DNA of 64,000 nucleotides from an uncultured Pelagibacteraceae bacterium (GCA_902571425.1 CACGBZ010000003.1:13091-77090), one strand, 5' to 3'. Counted from the stretch's first letter, positions 29,311 through 37,755 are shown. Program-made: numbers and translations. The notes: generated by a model not told the origin, from the letters alone.

Positions 29311-29367
29311 CGAATCAAATTGATTCGCTATTAACATATTTTTATTTTTTTCTATAAGTTATGTCAA
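29311..29367 (-). promoter_or_regulatory. Near-consensus sigma70-type promoter plus a 17-nt palindrome (CGAATCAA-A-TTGATTCG) for the microprotein gene
   Basis: Minus strand: TTGACA-N17-TAAAAAT-atgttaatag-CGAATCAATTTGATTCG-tttaactaaaaaaGGGAGctaaagATG. The palindrome occupies 29311-29327. Confidence 0.5.
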
Positions 29368-29486
29368 TTCTTTAATTAAAAGTTAAATTTTATAAAAATT
29401 ATTTTTAATTTTTTATTTTTATAAAACTTTTTTTTATTAATTTAGTTAATGTTTATGCGGTTAATAAACAATTTTATTTAAGTAAT

Positions 29487-31217
29487 TTAATAAAGATTTT
29501 CTAGCTGATTTTTATATTTTTCAGTAACTTTTTTTCTTTTTACTTTCATTGTTGGTGTCATTAAACCATTTTCAATAGAAAAATTTTCATCTATTAATTG
29601 AATTTTTTTTATCTTTTCTAATAAAGTTAATTTTTTATTTATTTTTTCAATTACTTTATTTATTTTTTCTTTTTCATTTAAACAATCTTTATTAGGAACA
29701 ACTAAGGCAACCAAGTAATTTTTTTTATCACCATAAACCATACATTGATCTATCTCTGGTTCATTCGTAATCATATTTTCAATTTTAGCAGGTGAAATGT
29801 TATCTCCGCCAGCACTTACTATGATATCTTTTTTTCTATCAGTAATTTTTAAATAACCATCATTTGGATCTATCTCTCCAATATCGCCTGTATGAAGCCA
29901 TCCATTTATAATTACTTTGTCAGTCTCTTCTTTTTTGTTCCAATATCCAAGCATAACATTTTCGCCTTTAACTAAAATTTCTCCATCTTCAGCAATTTTA
30001 ACCTCATTTCCTTTAAATGGAGGTCCTACAGTTTCCACTTTAATTTTATGTATTGGATTGCAACTTACTACTGGTGATGTTTCTGTTAAGCCGTATCCCT
30101 GAAGTGTCGGTAATCCTATAGCATTTAAAAATTCACCTATTTCTTTATCTAAAGCACCACCACCTGAAACGAAAGCTCTCAAATTTCCACCGAACTGTTT
30201 TTTTATTTTTTTTCTAACTAATTTATCAACTATAAAATTGAGTAATTTTTCAGAAAATGTCATTTTTTGATTTAATAGTTTTTTTCTTCCCAAACGAAGA
30301 GTTGCTTCAATTAATTTTGCTTTAAAGCCTGTTTGTTTTTTTAAATTCATGTTTATTTTGTTGTAGAGGTTTTGGTAGAATCTGGGAACTGCTGTCATAA
30401 TTGTGGGTTTTGCCTCAGATATGTTTTCTAAAAGTTTTTCTATTTTCTCTGCATAGAATACTTTTGCTCCTACTGCTATCTGGGCAAATTGAACACAGTG
30501 CTCATAAGAGTGTGAAAGAGGAAGCCAAGTTAAAAATACTGGTCTTGAGTTAAATAATGGTTTCATAATTTCGCATGCTCCTACGAGATTATTTAAAACT
30601 CCACCATGACTTAAAATTACTCCTTTAGGATTACCTCCTGTCCCTGAAGTATAAATAATGCATGCAGGAGAATTTCTTTTTAATTTATTATTTTCAATTT
30701 TATCTTCTGCTAATAAATTATTATTTAGAATTGAATTAAAATCTAAATATTTTTCTTTGTTAGTTATATTTAAACTATTTGTTACCTCGGCTTTTTCATC
30801 CAAAGTAATGACTTTTTTTATAAAATCTTTTTCATTAATTGAATTATTTAATTTTTTTAACATTTCATTATTTGAAACAACAACTAAGCTAGGCTCACAG
30901 TCTTCTATCAAGTACTTATAATCATCTTCTGTATAAGTTGTGTATGCTGGAACTGTAATTCCACCAGCTAACATAATAGCTAAATCAGAAACAAACCACT
31001 CTGGTCTATTTTCCGAAACTAAAAGACATCTATCTCCATCTTTTATATTTTCTTTTATAACTTTTGATAATTTTAAAATATTCTTTTCAGTTTGTTCCCA
31101 TGTGTATATTTTTTTATTACTTGGGTTTAGCCATTCTAAAAAAATATCTTTTTTATTTTGTTTATTTGCTTGATTAACAAATAATTCGATCAAATTATTT
31201 AAATTATTTAAATTCAT
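29487..31217 (-). CDS. Long-chain acyl-CoA synthetase (AMP-forming, FadD-like)
   Basis: AMP-binding motifs IIYTSGTGGNPKGV, GYGLTETSP, WLHTGDIG; 576 aa. Confidence 0.85.
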   Translation of the reverse strand: MNLNNLNNLIELFVNQANKQNKKDIFLEWLNPSNKKIYTWEQTEKNILKLSKVIKENIKDGDRCLLVSENRPEWFVSDLAIMLAGGITVPAYTTYTEDDYKYLIEDCEPSLVVVSNNEMLKKLNNSINEKDFIKKVITLDEKAEVTNSLNITNKEKYLDFNSILNNNLLAEDKIENNKLKRNSPACIIYTSGTGGNPKGVILSHGGVLNNLVGACEIMKPLFNSRPVFLTWLPLSHSYEHCVQFAQIAVGAKVFYAEKIEKLLENISEAKPTIMTAVPRFYQNLYNKINMNLKKQTGFKAKLIEATLRLGRKKLLNQKMTFSEKLLNFIVDKLVRKKIKKQFGGNLRAFVSGGGALDKEIGEFLNAIGLPTLQGYGLTETSPVVSCNPIHKIKVETVGPPFKGNEVKIAEDGEILVKGENVMLGYWNKKEETDKVIINGWLHTGDIGEIDPNDGYLKITDRKKDIIVSAGGDNISPAKIENMITNEPEIDQCMVYGDKKNYLVALVVPNKDCLNEKEKINKVIEKINKKLTLLEKIKKIQLIDENFSIENGLMTPTMKVKRKKVTEKYKNQLENLY

Positions 31218-31224
31218 AGTTACT

Positions 31225-31309
31225 TGGTGGGCGAAGAGAGAATCGAACTCTCACTTCTTGCGAAACACGATTTTGAGTCGTGCGCGTCTACCAGTTCCGC
31301 CATTCGCCC
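31225..31309 (-). tRNA. tRNA-Leu (anticodon CAA), long variable arm, CCA encoded
   Basis: Reverse strand: GGGCGAA-TG-GCGG..CGC-G-CACGA-CTCAAAA-TCGTG-(13 nt variable arm)-GAGAG-TTCGATT-CTCTC-TTCGCCC-A-CCA. Confidence 0.92.
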
Positions 31310-31371
31310 TAGGTATTCAATTAAATTATATTTAAATAGTATAAGAACTAATTTTATATTAAAACCAAAAA

Positions 31372-31977
31372 ATGTTTAAAACACTCTATAAAAAATGTTT
31401 AGAATTAGCTGCACACAAAAGTTCGAATTTTTATTTAGGGTTTGTATCTTTTATAGAAAGTTCTTTTTTTCCTATACCTCCAGATGCAATGATAGTTCCA
31501 ATGGTTATTGCTAAAAAAAGGGAATATTTAAAAATATTTTTAATAGCATCAATATTTTCAGTGCTTGGAGGAATATTCGGATATTTGATAGGTTATTTAT
31601 TTTTTGATTTAGCGATGTATGTAATCGAATTTTATGGCTATCAAGATAAAGTTGAAAACTTAAAATTAAGCATGTCTCAAGGGAGTGGATTCCTCGCATG
31701 GCTGAGTATTCTTTTTTTAGCGGGCTTTACTCCATTGCCCTATAAAGCCTTTACGATTTCAAGTGGTTTAATTGGTTTTAATCTTCCTGTTTTTATAATT
31801 GTTAGCTTAATTTCAAGAAGCCTGAGATTCTTTATAGTTGCCTATTTGTCTTATAAATTTGGAGAATTATTTACAGAGTACATGGAAAAACATGGATCAA
31901 AATGGTTCACCATAATTGGAATTATTATAGTTATAATATTTATTATTATTTATTTATTTTTAAAATTTAATGTTTGA
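31372..31977 (+). CDS. YqaA/DedA-type (SNARE-associated domain) membrane protein
   Basis: 201 aa; ..FIESSFFPIPPDAMIVPM.. is the typical YqaA N-terminal motif; 4-5 TM helices. Confidence 0.7.
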   Translation: MFKTLYKKCLELAAHKSSNFYLGFVSFIESSFFPIPPDAMIVPMVIAKKREYLKIFLIASIFSVLGGIFGYLIGYLFFDLAMYVIEFYGYQDKVENLKLSMSQGSGFLAWLSILFLAGFTPLPYKAFTISSGLIGFNLPVFIIVSLISRSLRFFIVAYLSYKFGELFTEYMEKHGSKWFTIIGIIIVIIFIIIYLFLKFNV

Positions 31978-32455
31978 TATTAACAAAACCATTACATTAA
32001 AGTTAATTTTTTTAATTAGCATTATCGCTTTATCTTCAGCATTTTTTATTGAATATGTTTTAGGTCATCAACCTTGCAACTTATGTATACTGGAAAGAAT
32101 TCCATACCTATTAGCATTAATAATTATTATATTAAATTATAAATTTATTAATCTTGAAAAATATCTCATTCTTTCTCTTATTTTAATTTTTTTAGCAGCT
32201 ACTATTTTATCATTATATCATTTAGGTATTGAGCAAGGTTTTATTGAAGAGTCATTGGTTTGCGATTTAAAAAATGGCTCCAATTTACTATCAAAAGAAG
32301 ATATATTAAGACAGTTGCAAGAAAAGAAAGTAAGCTGCAAAGATGTTACATTTAAAATTTTAGGATTATCGCTTACAAGTTACAATATTATAATATCAAT
32401 ATTAATAGTATATTTTACAACAAAAACTTATTTAAGTTATGACAATAATAAATAA
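31970..32455 (+). CDS. dsbB: Disulfide bond formation protein B-like (DsbB family)
   Basis: 4 TM helices; first periplasmic loop CNLC (..HQPCNLCILERIPY..); second loop Cys pair (..VCDLKNG...VSCKDVTF..). Confidence 0.75.
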   Translation: MFDINKTITLKLIFLISIIALSSAFFIEYVLGHQPCNLCILERIPYLLALIIIILNYKFINLEKYLILSLILIFLAATILSLYHLGIEQGFIEESLVCDLKNGSNLLSKEDILRQLQEKKVSCKDVTFKILGLSLTSYNIIISILIVYFTTKTYLSYDNNK

Positions 32456-32972
32456 AAAGAAAATAGAAGAATTCATTAGAGTTGATCATGCTGGAGAACG
32501 TGGTGCTGTTAAAATTTATGAAGGACAGTTGCTAGCTCTAAACACATTAGTTAAAGATGAAGCTTTAAAAAAAACAATTGAAGAAATGAAAGTTCATGAA
32601 AAAGAACATTCTGATTATTTTGAAGAAGAAATTAAAAAAAGAAATATAAAACCAACAAAATTTTTACCCTTATGGGATTTATTAGGTGTAGGATTGGGGT
32701 TTGGTTCAACTTTGCTTGGAAAGAAAGCAGCTATGCTTTGCACTGCTTCTGTTGAAGAGGTGATAGATGAACATTATTTAAACCAAATAAAACAACTTGA
32801 TAAAAATGAAACAAAACTTAAAAAAAAAATAATCAAATTTAGAGAAGATGAATTAAGTCATAAAGATATAGCTTATGAAAAGGGTGCAACAAAAGAAGGC
32901 CCATACTTTATATTAGATAAAATTATTAAAACTGGATCAAAAATTGCAATAAATATTTCTGAGAAAATTTAA
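32439..32972 (+). CDS. coq7: Demethoxyubiquinone hydroxylase, Coq7 (di-iron) type
   Basis: ..IRVDHAGERGAVKIYEGQL.., ..EKEHSDYF.., ..EEVIDEHY.., ..REDELSHKDIA.. (the EXXH pairs of Coq7). Confidence 0.88.
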   Translation: MTIINKKKIEEFIRVDHAGERGAVKIYEGQLLALNTLVKDEALKKTIEEMKVHEKEHSDYFEEEIKKRNIKPTKFLPLWDLLGVGLGFGSTLLGKKAAMLCTASVEEVIDEHYLNQIKQLDKNETKLKKKIIKFREDELSHKDIAYEKGATKEGPYFILDKIIKTGSKIAINISEKI

Positions 32973-33538
32973 GACTCTAGCTCTACATCCCAATATAAGT
33001 AATCCATCCAGCTTTTATGTAAAAAATTTGGTGGAAAATTTTTACCATTTTTGTGTAGATCCTCTGTTGATGGTCGATAAGGGTACTGATATAACTTCAT
33101 CCCTGAATGTTTTAATAGTTTTCCACCCTTTTTCACATTGCATGCAGAACAAGCTGTTACAACATTATCCCAATTAGTTTCACCTCCTTTTGATCTAGGT
33201 AATAGATGATCAAAAGTTAACTCTTCATTGCTTCCACAATATTGACAGGAAAATTTATCTCTTAAAAACACATTAAATCTAGTAAAACTTGGTTTGCTTT
33301 GAGGAACAATATAATCCTTTAATGCGATAACACTTGGTAATTTCATATTAAATGATGGACTTCTTATAGTTCTATCATAATTACTAACAATAATAACTCG
33401 ATCCAGAAAAACAGATTTGACTGTATCCTGCCATGACCACAAAGATAAAGGGTAGTAACTCAAAGGTCTATAGTCTGCATTGAGTACTAGCGCAGGACAC
33501 TTTTCTAATGAAACATTTTGTTCAATAAAATTGTTCAT
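32969..33538 (-). CDS. Stand-alone HNH endonuclease-domain protein
   Basis: ..CQYCGSNEELTFDHLLPRSKGGETNWDNVVTACSACNVKKG.. (HNH with a CxxC...CxxC zinc site). Confidence 0.8.
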   Translation of the reverse strand: MNNFIEQNVSLEKCPALVLNADYRPLSYYPLSLWSWQDTVKSVFLDRVIIVSNYDRTIRSPSFNMKLPSVIALKDYIVPQSKPSFTRFNVFLRDKFSCQYCGSNEELTFDHLLPRSKGGETNWDNVVTACSACNVKKGGKLLKHSGMKLYQYPYRPSTEDLHKNGKNFPPNFLHKSWMDYLYWDVELES

Positions 33539-33585
33539 TAACTAATTTTAACTTAGTTGAACAATTTTATCAATAATAAGAGATG

Positions 33586-34236
33586 TTAAATTTTTTTTAA
33601 AATAAAATTTAAAGCTGTACTTGATGCTTCAATAGGAATATGATGATCACAATTTTTTATTAATAGTGTATCAACTTTAACATTATTTCTTATTAAAAAA
33701 TCTTTTGCTTCCAGTAAATGGGTAGATGGGACAATTTGATCAGCTTCACCATGGATAAGTAATGTTTCAGTTTTATTTTTGATTCTATTTTTTAAATCAT
33801 TTTGATTTATTATCTTTCCAGAAAAACCAACTATACATAAAAAATTTTCTCTAAATGTAAGACCAACATTTATAGACATCATGCATCCCTGACTAAATCC
33901 TGATAAACATATTTGATTATTTGATAACCTGAACTCTTTTTTTATTTCATTAATAAATTTTTTTAAAACCTCTTCAGCCTTAATTGATTGCTCTAATATG
34001 TAATCAGAATCCTCTTTTGTTAAATCAAACCATTGATAACCGGAGGGATTTATAGCACATGGCTCATGACCATTTGGACAAATAAAGACTGTATTAGGCA
34101 TATATCTCTTCCAGTTTAAAGATAGCATGCTAATATCCTGTCCATCACCTCCATAACCATGAAGCAAAATAATTGCATTTTTAATTTCAACACCATTTTC
34201 TGGTTTAATAATTATGGAATCTAGGCAAAATGTCAT
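33586..34236 (-). CDS. Phospholipase/carboxylesterase-family alpha/beta hydrolase
   Basis: ..ILLHGYGGDGQD.., nucleophile elbow GFSQGCMMS, ..IHGEADQIVP.., C-terminal His. Confidence 0.8.
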   Translation of the reverse strand: MTFCLDSIIIKPENGVEIKNAIILLHGYGGDGQDISMLSLNWKRYMPNTVFICPNGHEPCAINPSGYQWFDLTKEDSDYILEQSIKAEEVLKKFINEIKKEFRLSNNQICLSGFSQGCMMSINVGLTFRENFLCIVGFSGKIINQNDLKNRIKNKTETLLIHGEADQIVPSTHLLEAKDFLIRNNVKVDTLLIKNCDHHIPIEASSTALNFILKKI

Positions 34237-34285
34237 AGTAGATAAATTATGTTTTTTATGTCAAAACACAATCTAAAATAAAAAA

Positions 34286-34489
34286 ATGATTTCAGGAATA
34301 TTAGTAAAAGTTTTGTCAATAGCCCTTTTGATAGCTGTAGGGATAGTTTTAATCTTAGGTATTGGGACTCTTTTTAAGGGAGGAGAGACAAGTAAAAAAT
34401 ATTCAAATAAATTAATGCAGTTAAGAGTTATTTTACAGTTTATTGCTATTATTGCTTTAGTTGGCTTTGCTTACTTTTTTAAAAATTAG
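34286..34489 (+). CDS. HIG1-domain (hypoxia-induced / Rcf1-like) twin-TM small protein
   Basis: 67 aa, two TM helices separated by ..KKYSNKLMQLRVILQ.. (the R-x-x-x-Q motif of the HIG_1_N domain). Confidence 0.7.
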   Translation: MISGILVKVLSIALLIAVGIVLILGIGTLFKGGETSKKYSNKLMQLRVILQFIAIIALVGFAYFFKN

Positions 34490-34995
34490 TTATATTTTTT
34501 TATCCAATTAACAAAATTTTTATCTTCAAAATCAATTGAACCTATTATTCTGGCAAATTCTTGACCCTCTTTATTAATTAGAATTGTTGTAGGGACACCT
34601 CTTAAAGTAAACATTTTTGCTAATGTGGTAGGTGGGTCAAAATAAGGTTCAAAATTTTTAATGTTAAGATCTATAAAAAATTTATTAACTTTTGTTAAAG
34701 TTTCTTTTCCAATATTAATTGGAAAAATTTTTATTTTATCCAATTCTGGATTAGCTTGGAGTTTATCTAAAGATGGCATTTCTTCTTTACAAGGTTCACA
34801 CCAAGTCGCCCAAAAATTTAATATCAATAAGTTCCCAGTATATTCATTGATATTAATTTTTTGATCATTTTTGTCTAAAAAAATAACATTATCATATGTT
34901 TTTGGTATTTTATGGATTACAATATTTTTAATACCAGGTAGTTCTTCAGCTACGACATTTGTTGTCAAAAAAATAAATATTATTAAAAATCTCAT
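34486..34995 (-). CDS. TlpA/ResA-like periplasmic thiol:disulfide oxidoreductase
   Basis: Signal/anchor sequence, thioredoxin fold with WATWCEPC, ..RGVPTTILI... Confidence 0.85.
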   Translation of the reverse strand: MRFLIIFIFLTTNVVAEELPGIKNIVIHKIPKTYDNVIFLDKNDQKININEYTGNLLILNFWATWCEPCKEEMPSLDKLQANPELDKIKIFPINIGKETLTKVNKFFIDLNIKNFEPYFDPPTTLAKMFTLRGVPTTILINKEGQEFARIIGSIDFEDKNFVNWIKKYN

Positions 34996-35019
34996 GTTAA
35001 ATAGGTATAATTAAATATC

Positions 35020-36414
35020 ATGGTAAAAAATAAAAACAACCAAGCAATCTGGACCACGCGGATTAAAAAAAATACATCAAGCTTATTTCAAAAAGTCGGT
35101 AATTCAATAGATATTGATAAAAGACTTTATAAAGAAGACATCCAGGGATCAATTGCTCATGTTGAAATGCTTTTTAAACAAAAAATAATTTCATTCAAAA
35201 TAAAAAATAAAATTATTTATGGACTAACAAAAATTAATAAGGAAATAACAAACAATAAATTTGAGTTTAATAAAAAATATGAAGATATTCATATCAATAT
35301 CGAAAAGAGACTTTTTCAAATTATAGGTGAAGAAGCTGGCTACGTTCACACTGCAAGATCAAGAAATGATCAAGTAATTACTGATTTTAAAATTTGGATG
35401 AAAAAATCAACCAACGAAATAAATAATAACATTAATAAAGTTATTAAGAGTACAATTAAGTTAGCTGAAAAAAATGTTGAGACTATTATGCCTGGATTTA
35501 CACATCTTAAAAATGCTCAAGCTATCTCTTTTGCACATTATTTAATGTCTTATGTGGAAATATTTAATAGAGACAAAAAGAGATTTTCTAATAATTTAGA
35601 CAGCTTAAATGAAAACCCTTTAGGTGTTGCGGCTTTAGCAGGAACATCATTTAATATAGATAGAAATTATACAACCAAAAAACTTGGTTTTAAAATACCT
35701 ACAAATAATTCTATTGATACAGTTTCAGATAGAGATTTTGTTGTAGATTTTTTATACGCTTCATCTGTGTGTGCTATGCATATTTCTAGAATTGCTGAAG
35801 AGTTGATTATTTGGAATTCGGATGCTTTTAACTTGATCAATTTATCTGATAAAGTTGTTACCGGATCTTCTATAATGCCACAAAAGAAGAATCCTGATCT
35901 TTTAGAGTACTTGCGTGGAAAATCGGGAAGCACTTATGGAAATTTATTTTCGATGCTTACAATTTTAAAAGGCTTACCACTATCTTATTTTAAAGATCTG
36001 CAAGACGATAAGGAGATTGTTTTTAAATCAAACGACAATCTAAATAATTGTTTAAAAATTTTTGATGAAGTACTAAAAAATTGTAATCCAAATAAGAGTA
36101 AAATGTTAGAACTTGCTAATTCTGGATATATTACAGCGACTGATTTGGCTGACTATCTTGTGAAAAATCACTCAATGTCTTTTAGAAAAGCATACCAAAA
36201 AACCGCTGCTGTAGTTAATTTTGCTGAAAAAAGAAAAAAGAAGTTAAATGAATTAACTTTAGATGAGTTAAAAAAAATTGAACCCAAACTTAAAGAAGAT
36301 GTATTAAAAGTATTTAATTTAAAAAATTCAATTAATTCGAAAAAATCTTATGGTGGAACTTCTTTTGATAATATTAAAAAAATGATAATGAAATATAAAA
36401 GAGAAAATGATTAA
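35020..36414 (+). CDS. argH: Argininosuccinate lyase
   Basis: ..DIQGSIAHVEML.., ..HTARSRNDQV.., ..GSSIMPQKKNPD.. (fumarate-lyase signature). Confidence 0.95.
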   Translation: MVKNKNNQAIWTTRIKKNTSSLFQKVGNSIDIDKRLYKEDIQGSIAHVEMLFKQKIISFKIKNKIIYGLTKINKEITNNKFEFNKKYEDIHINIEKRLFQIIGEEAGYVHTARSRNDQVITDFKIWMKKSTNEINNNINKVIKSTIKLAEKNVETIMPGFTHLKNAQAISFAHYLMSYVEIFNRDKKRFSNNLDSLNENPLGVAALAGTSFNIDRNYTTKKLGFKIPTNNSIDTVSDRDFVVDFLYASSVCAMHISRIAEELIIWNSDAFNLINLSDKVVTGSSIMPQKKNPDLLEYLRGKSGSTYGNLFSMLTILKGLPLSYFKDLQDDKEIVFKSNDNLNNCLKIFDEVLKNCNPNKSKMLELANSGYITATDLADYLVKNHSMSFRKAYQKTAAVVNFAEKRKKKLNELTLDELKKIEPKLKEDVLKVFNLKNSINSKKSYGGTSFDNIKKMIMKYKREND

Positions 36415-36538
36415 AAAATTTACCATAATTATATTGTTATTTTGTGCCGTTATTTCTTGTGGAAAAAAAGGTGATCCTAAATACGTAGACCCAGATAAAA
36501 AAGCAGAAATAAAAAAAGTTTCAGTTAACTTAGCTTAA
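36407..36538 (+). CDS. 43-aa lipoprotein (lipobox VISC-G; LptM/YifL/LppL-like), not on the ORF track
   Basis: MIKKFTIIILLFCAVISCGKKGDPKYVDPDKKAEIKKVSVNLA. The start overlaps the argH stop (ATGATTAA) and the stop overlaps the lysA start (TAATG). CGxKG after the lipobox resembles small lipoproteins found upstream of lysA/dapF in other proteobacteria. Confidence 0.6.
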   Translation: MIKKFTIIILLFCAVISCGKKGDPKYVDPDKKAEIKKVSVNLA

Positions 36539-37752
36539 TGAAATACATAAATAAAACACTAACAATAGAAAAAATTAATCTCCAAAAAATTGCGAATAAA
36601 TTTGGAACTCCATTTTATTCTTACTCCTATTCTAAATTAAAAGAAAATATTAATAATTTTAAAAAAAACTTCAGATCTTTTTCACCACTTATCTGCTTTG
36701 CGGTTAAATCCAACACAAATATTAATATAATTAGAGAAATTAAAAAATTTGGATTAGGTGCTGATGTTGTTTCAGTAGGAGAACTGATGATGGCACTAAA
36801 AGCAGGAATTAATCCAAGCAAAATAGTATTTTCTGGTGTTGGTAAAACAACAAGTGAAATCAGCTTTGCTATTGATAAAAAAATTTTGCTTATTAACGCT
36901 GAGTCTTTAAGTGAAATAAAAGAAATAAATCGAATAGCAAAATCAAAAAATAAAAGAATAAAAATTGGTGTGAGACTAAACCCCAACACAGATGCAAAAA
37001 CATTAAGTCAAATATCCACTGGAAAAAAAGAAAATAAATTTGGTGTAAATAAAAATGCATTCTATGAAATTATAAATTATTGCAAAAATTCAAAAAATAT
37101 TGATTTAAAATGTCTTAGTGTTCATATAGGCAGTCAAATTTTAGACCATAGACCTTATGAAAAAATGCTTAAAGCGGTCAGTCAAATTTTAAGTAAAACA
37201 AATCATAAATTTAAATTTATAGATTTAGGTGGAGGTATGGGCATTACTTACACCGATAAAAATAAAAAACTTAATTATAAAAAATACAACACAGCTATTC
37301 TCAAATTTTTAAGAAAACATAAAGTTAAAATTATATTTGAGCCAGGTAGATCAATTATTGGCGATACCGGGACATTAGTGTCAAAAATAACCTATATTAA
37401 AGATAGTGGAAGTAAAAAATTTATAATTTTAGATGCCGCAATGAATGATTTAATGAGACCTGCTTTGTATGGTGCGTTTCACAAAACCTTACCTGTTACA
37501 AAATCTAACAAAACATCTAAAAAACCATATGAATTTGTAGGTCCTATTTGTGAAAGTACAGATAAATTTGTTACATTAAAAAAATTTCAAGTGTTGAATG
37601 AAAAAGATTTAATAGCAATATGTGATGTGGGAGCTTATGGAATGTCACTAAGCTCAAATTATAATTTAAGACCTAAACCAATAGAATTATTAATAAAGGG
37701 ATCAAAAATTAAAGTAATAAGAAAAAGACAAAAGCATAAAGATATAATTTAG
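36538..37752 (+). CDS. lysA: Diaminopimelate decarboxylase
   Basis: ..FAVKSNTN.. (PLP lysine), ..HIGSQI.., ..DLGGGMGI.., ..EPGRSIIG.., ..CESTD... Confidence 0.94.
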   Translation: MKYINKTLTIEKINLQKIANKFGTPFYSYSYSKLKENINNFKKNFRSFSPLICFAVKSNTNINIIREIKKFGLGADVVSVGELMMALKAGINPSKIVFSGVGKTTSEISFAIDKKILLINAESLSEIKEINRIAKSKNKRIKIGVRLNPNTDAKTLSQISTGKKENKFGVNKNAFYEIINYCKNSKNIDLKCLSVHIGSQILDHRPYEKMLKAVSQILSKTNHKFKFIDLGGGMGITYTDKNKKLNYKKYNTAILKFLRKHKVKIIFEPGRSIIGDTGTLVSKITYIKDSGSKKFIILDAAMNDLMRPALYGAFHKTLPVTKSNKTSKKPYEFVGPICESTDKFVTLKKFQVLNEKDLIAICDVGAYGMSLSSNYNLRPKPIELLIKGSKIKVIRKRQKHKDII

Positions 37753-37755
37753 CTT

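Noticed and set aside
19178-31309. A genomic island or prophage integrated at tRNA-Arg or tRNA-Leu.
   Set aside because: There is no integrase, no direct repeat of either tRNA 3' end nearby, and no compositional shift visible by eye. The flanking genes are ordinary metabolic or housekeeping genes.
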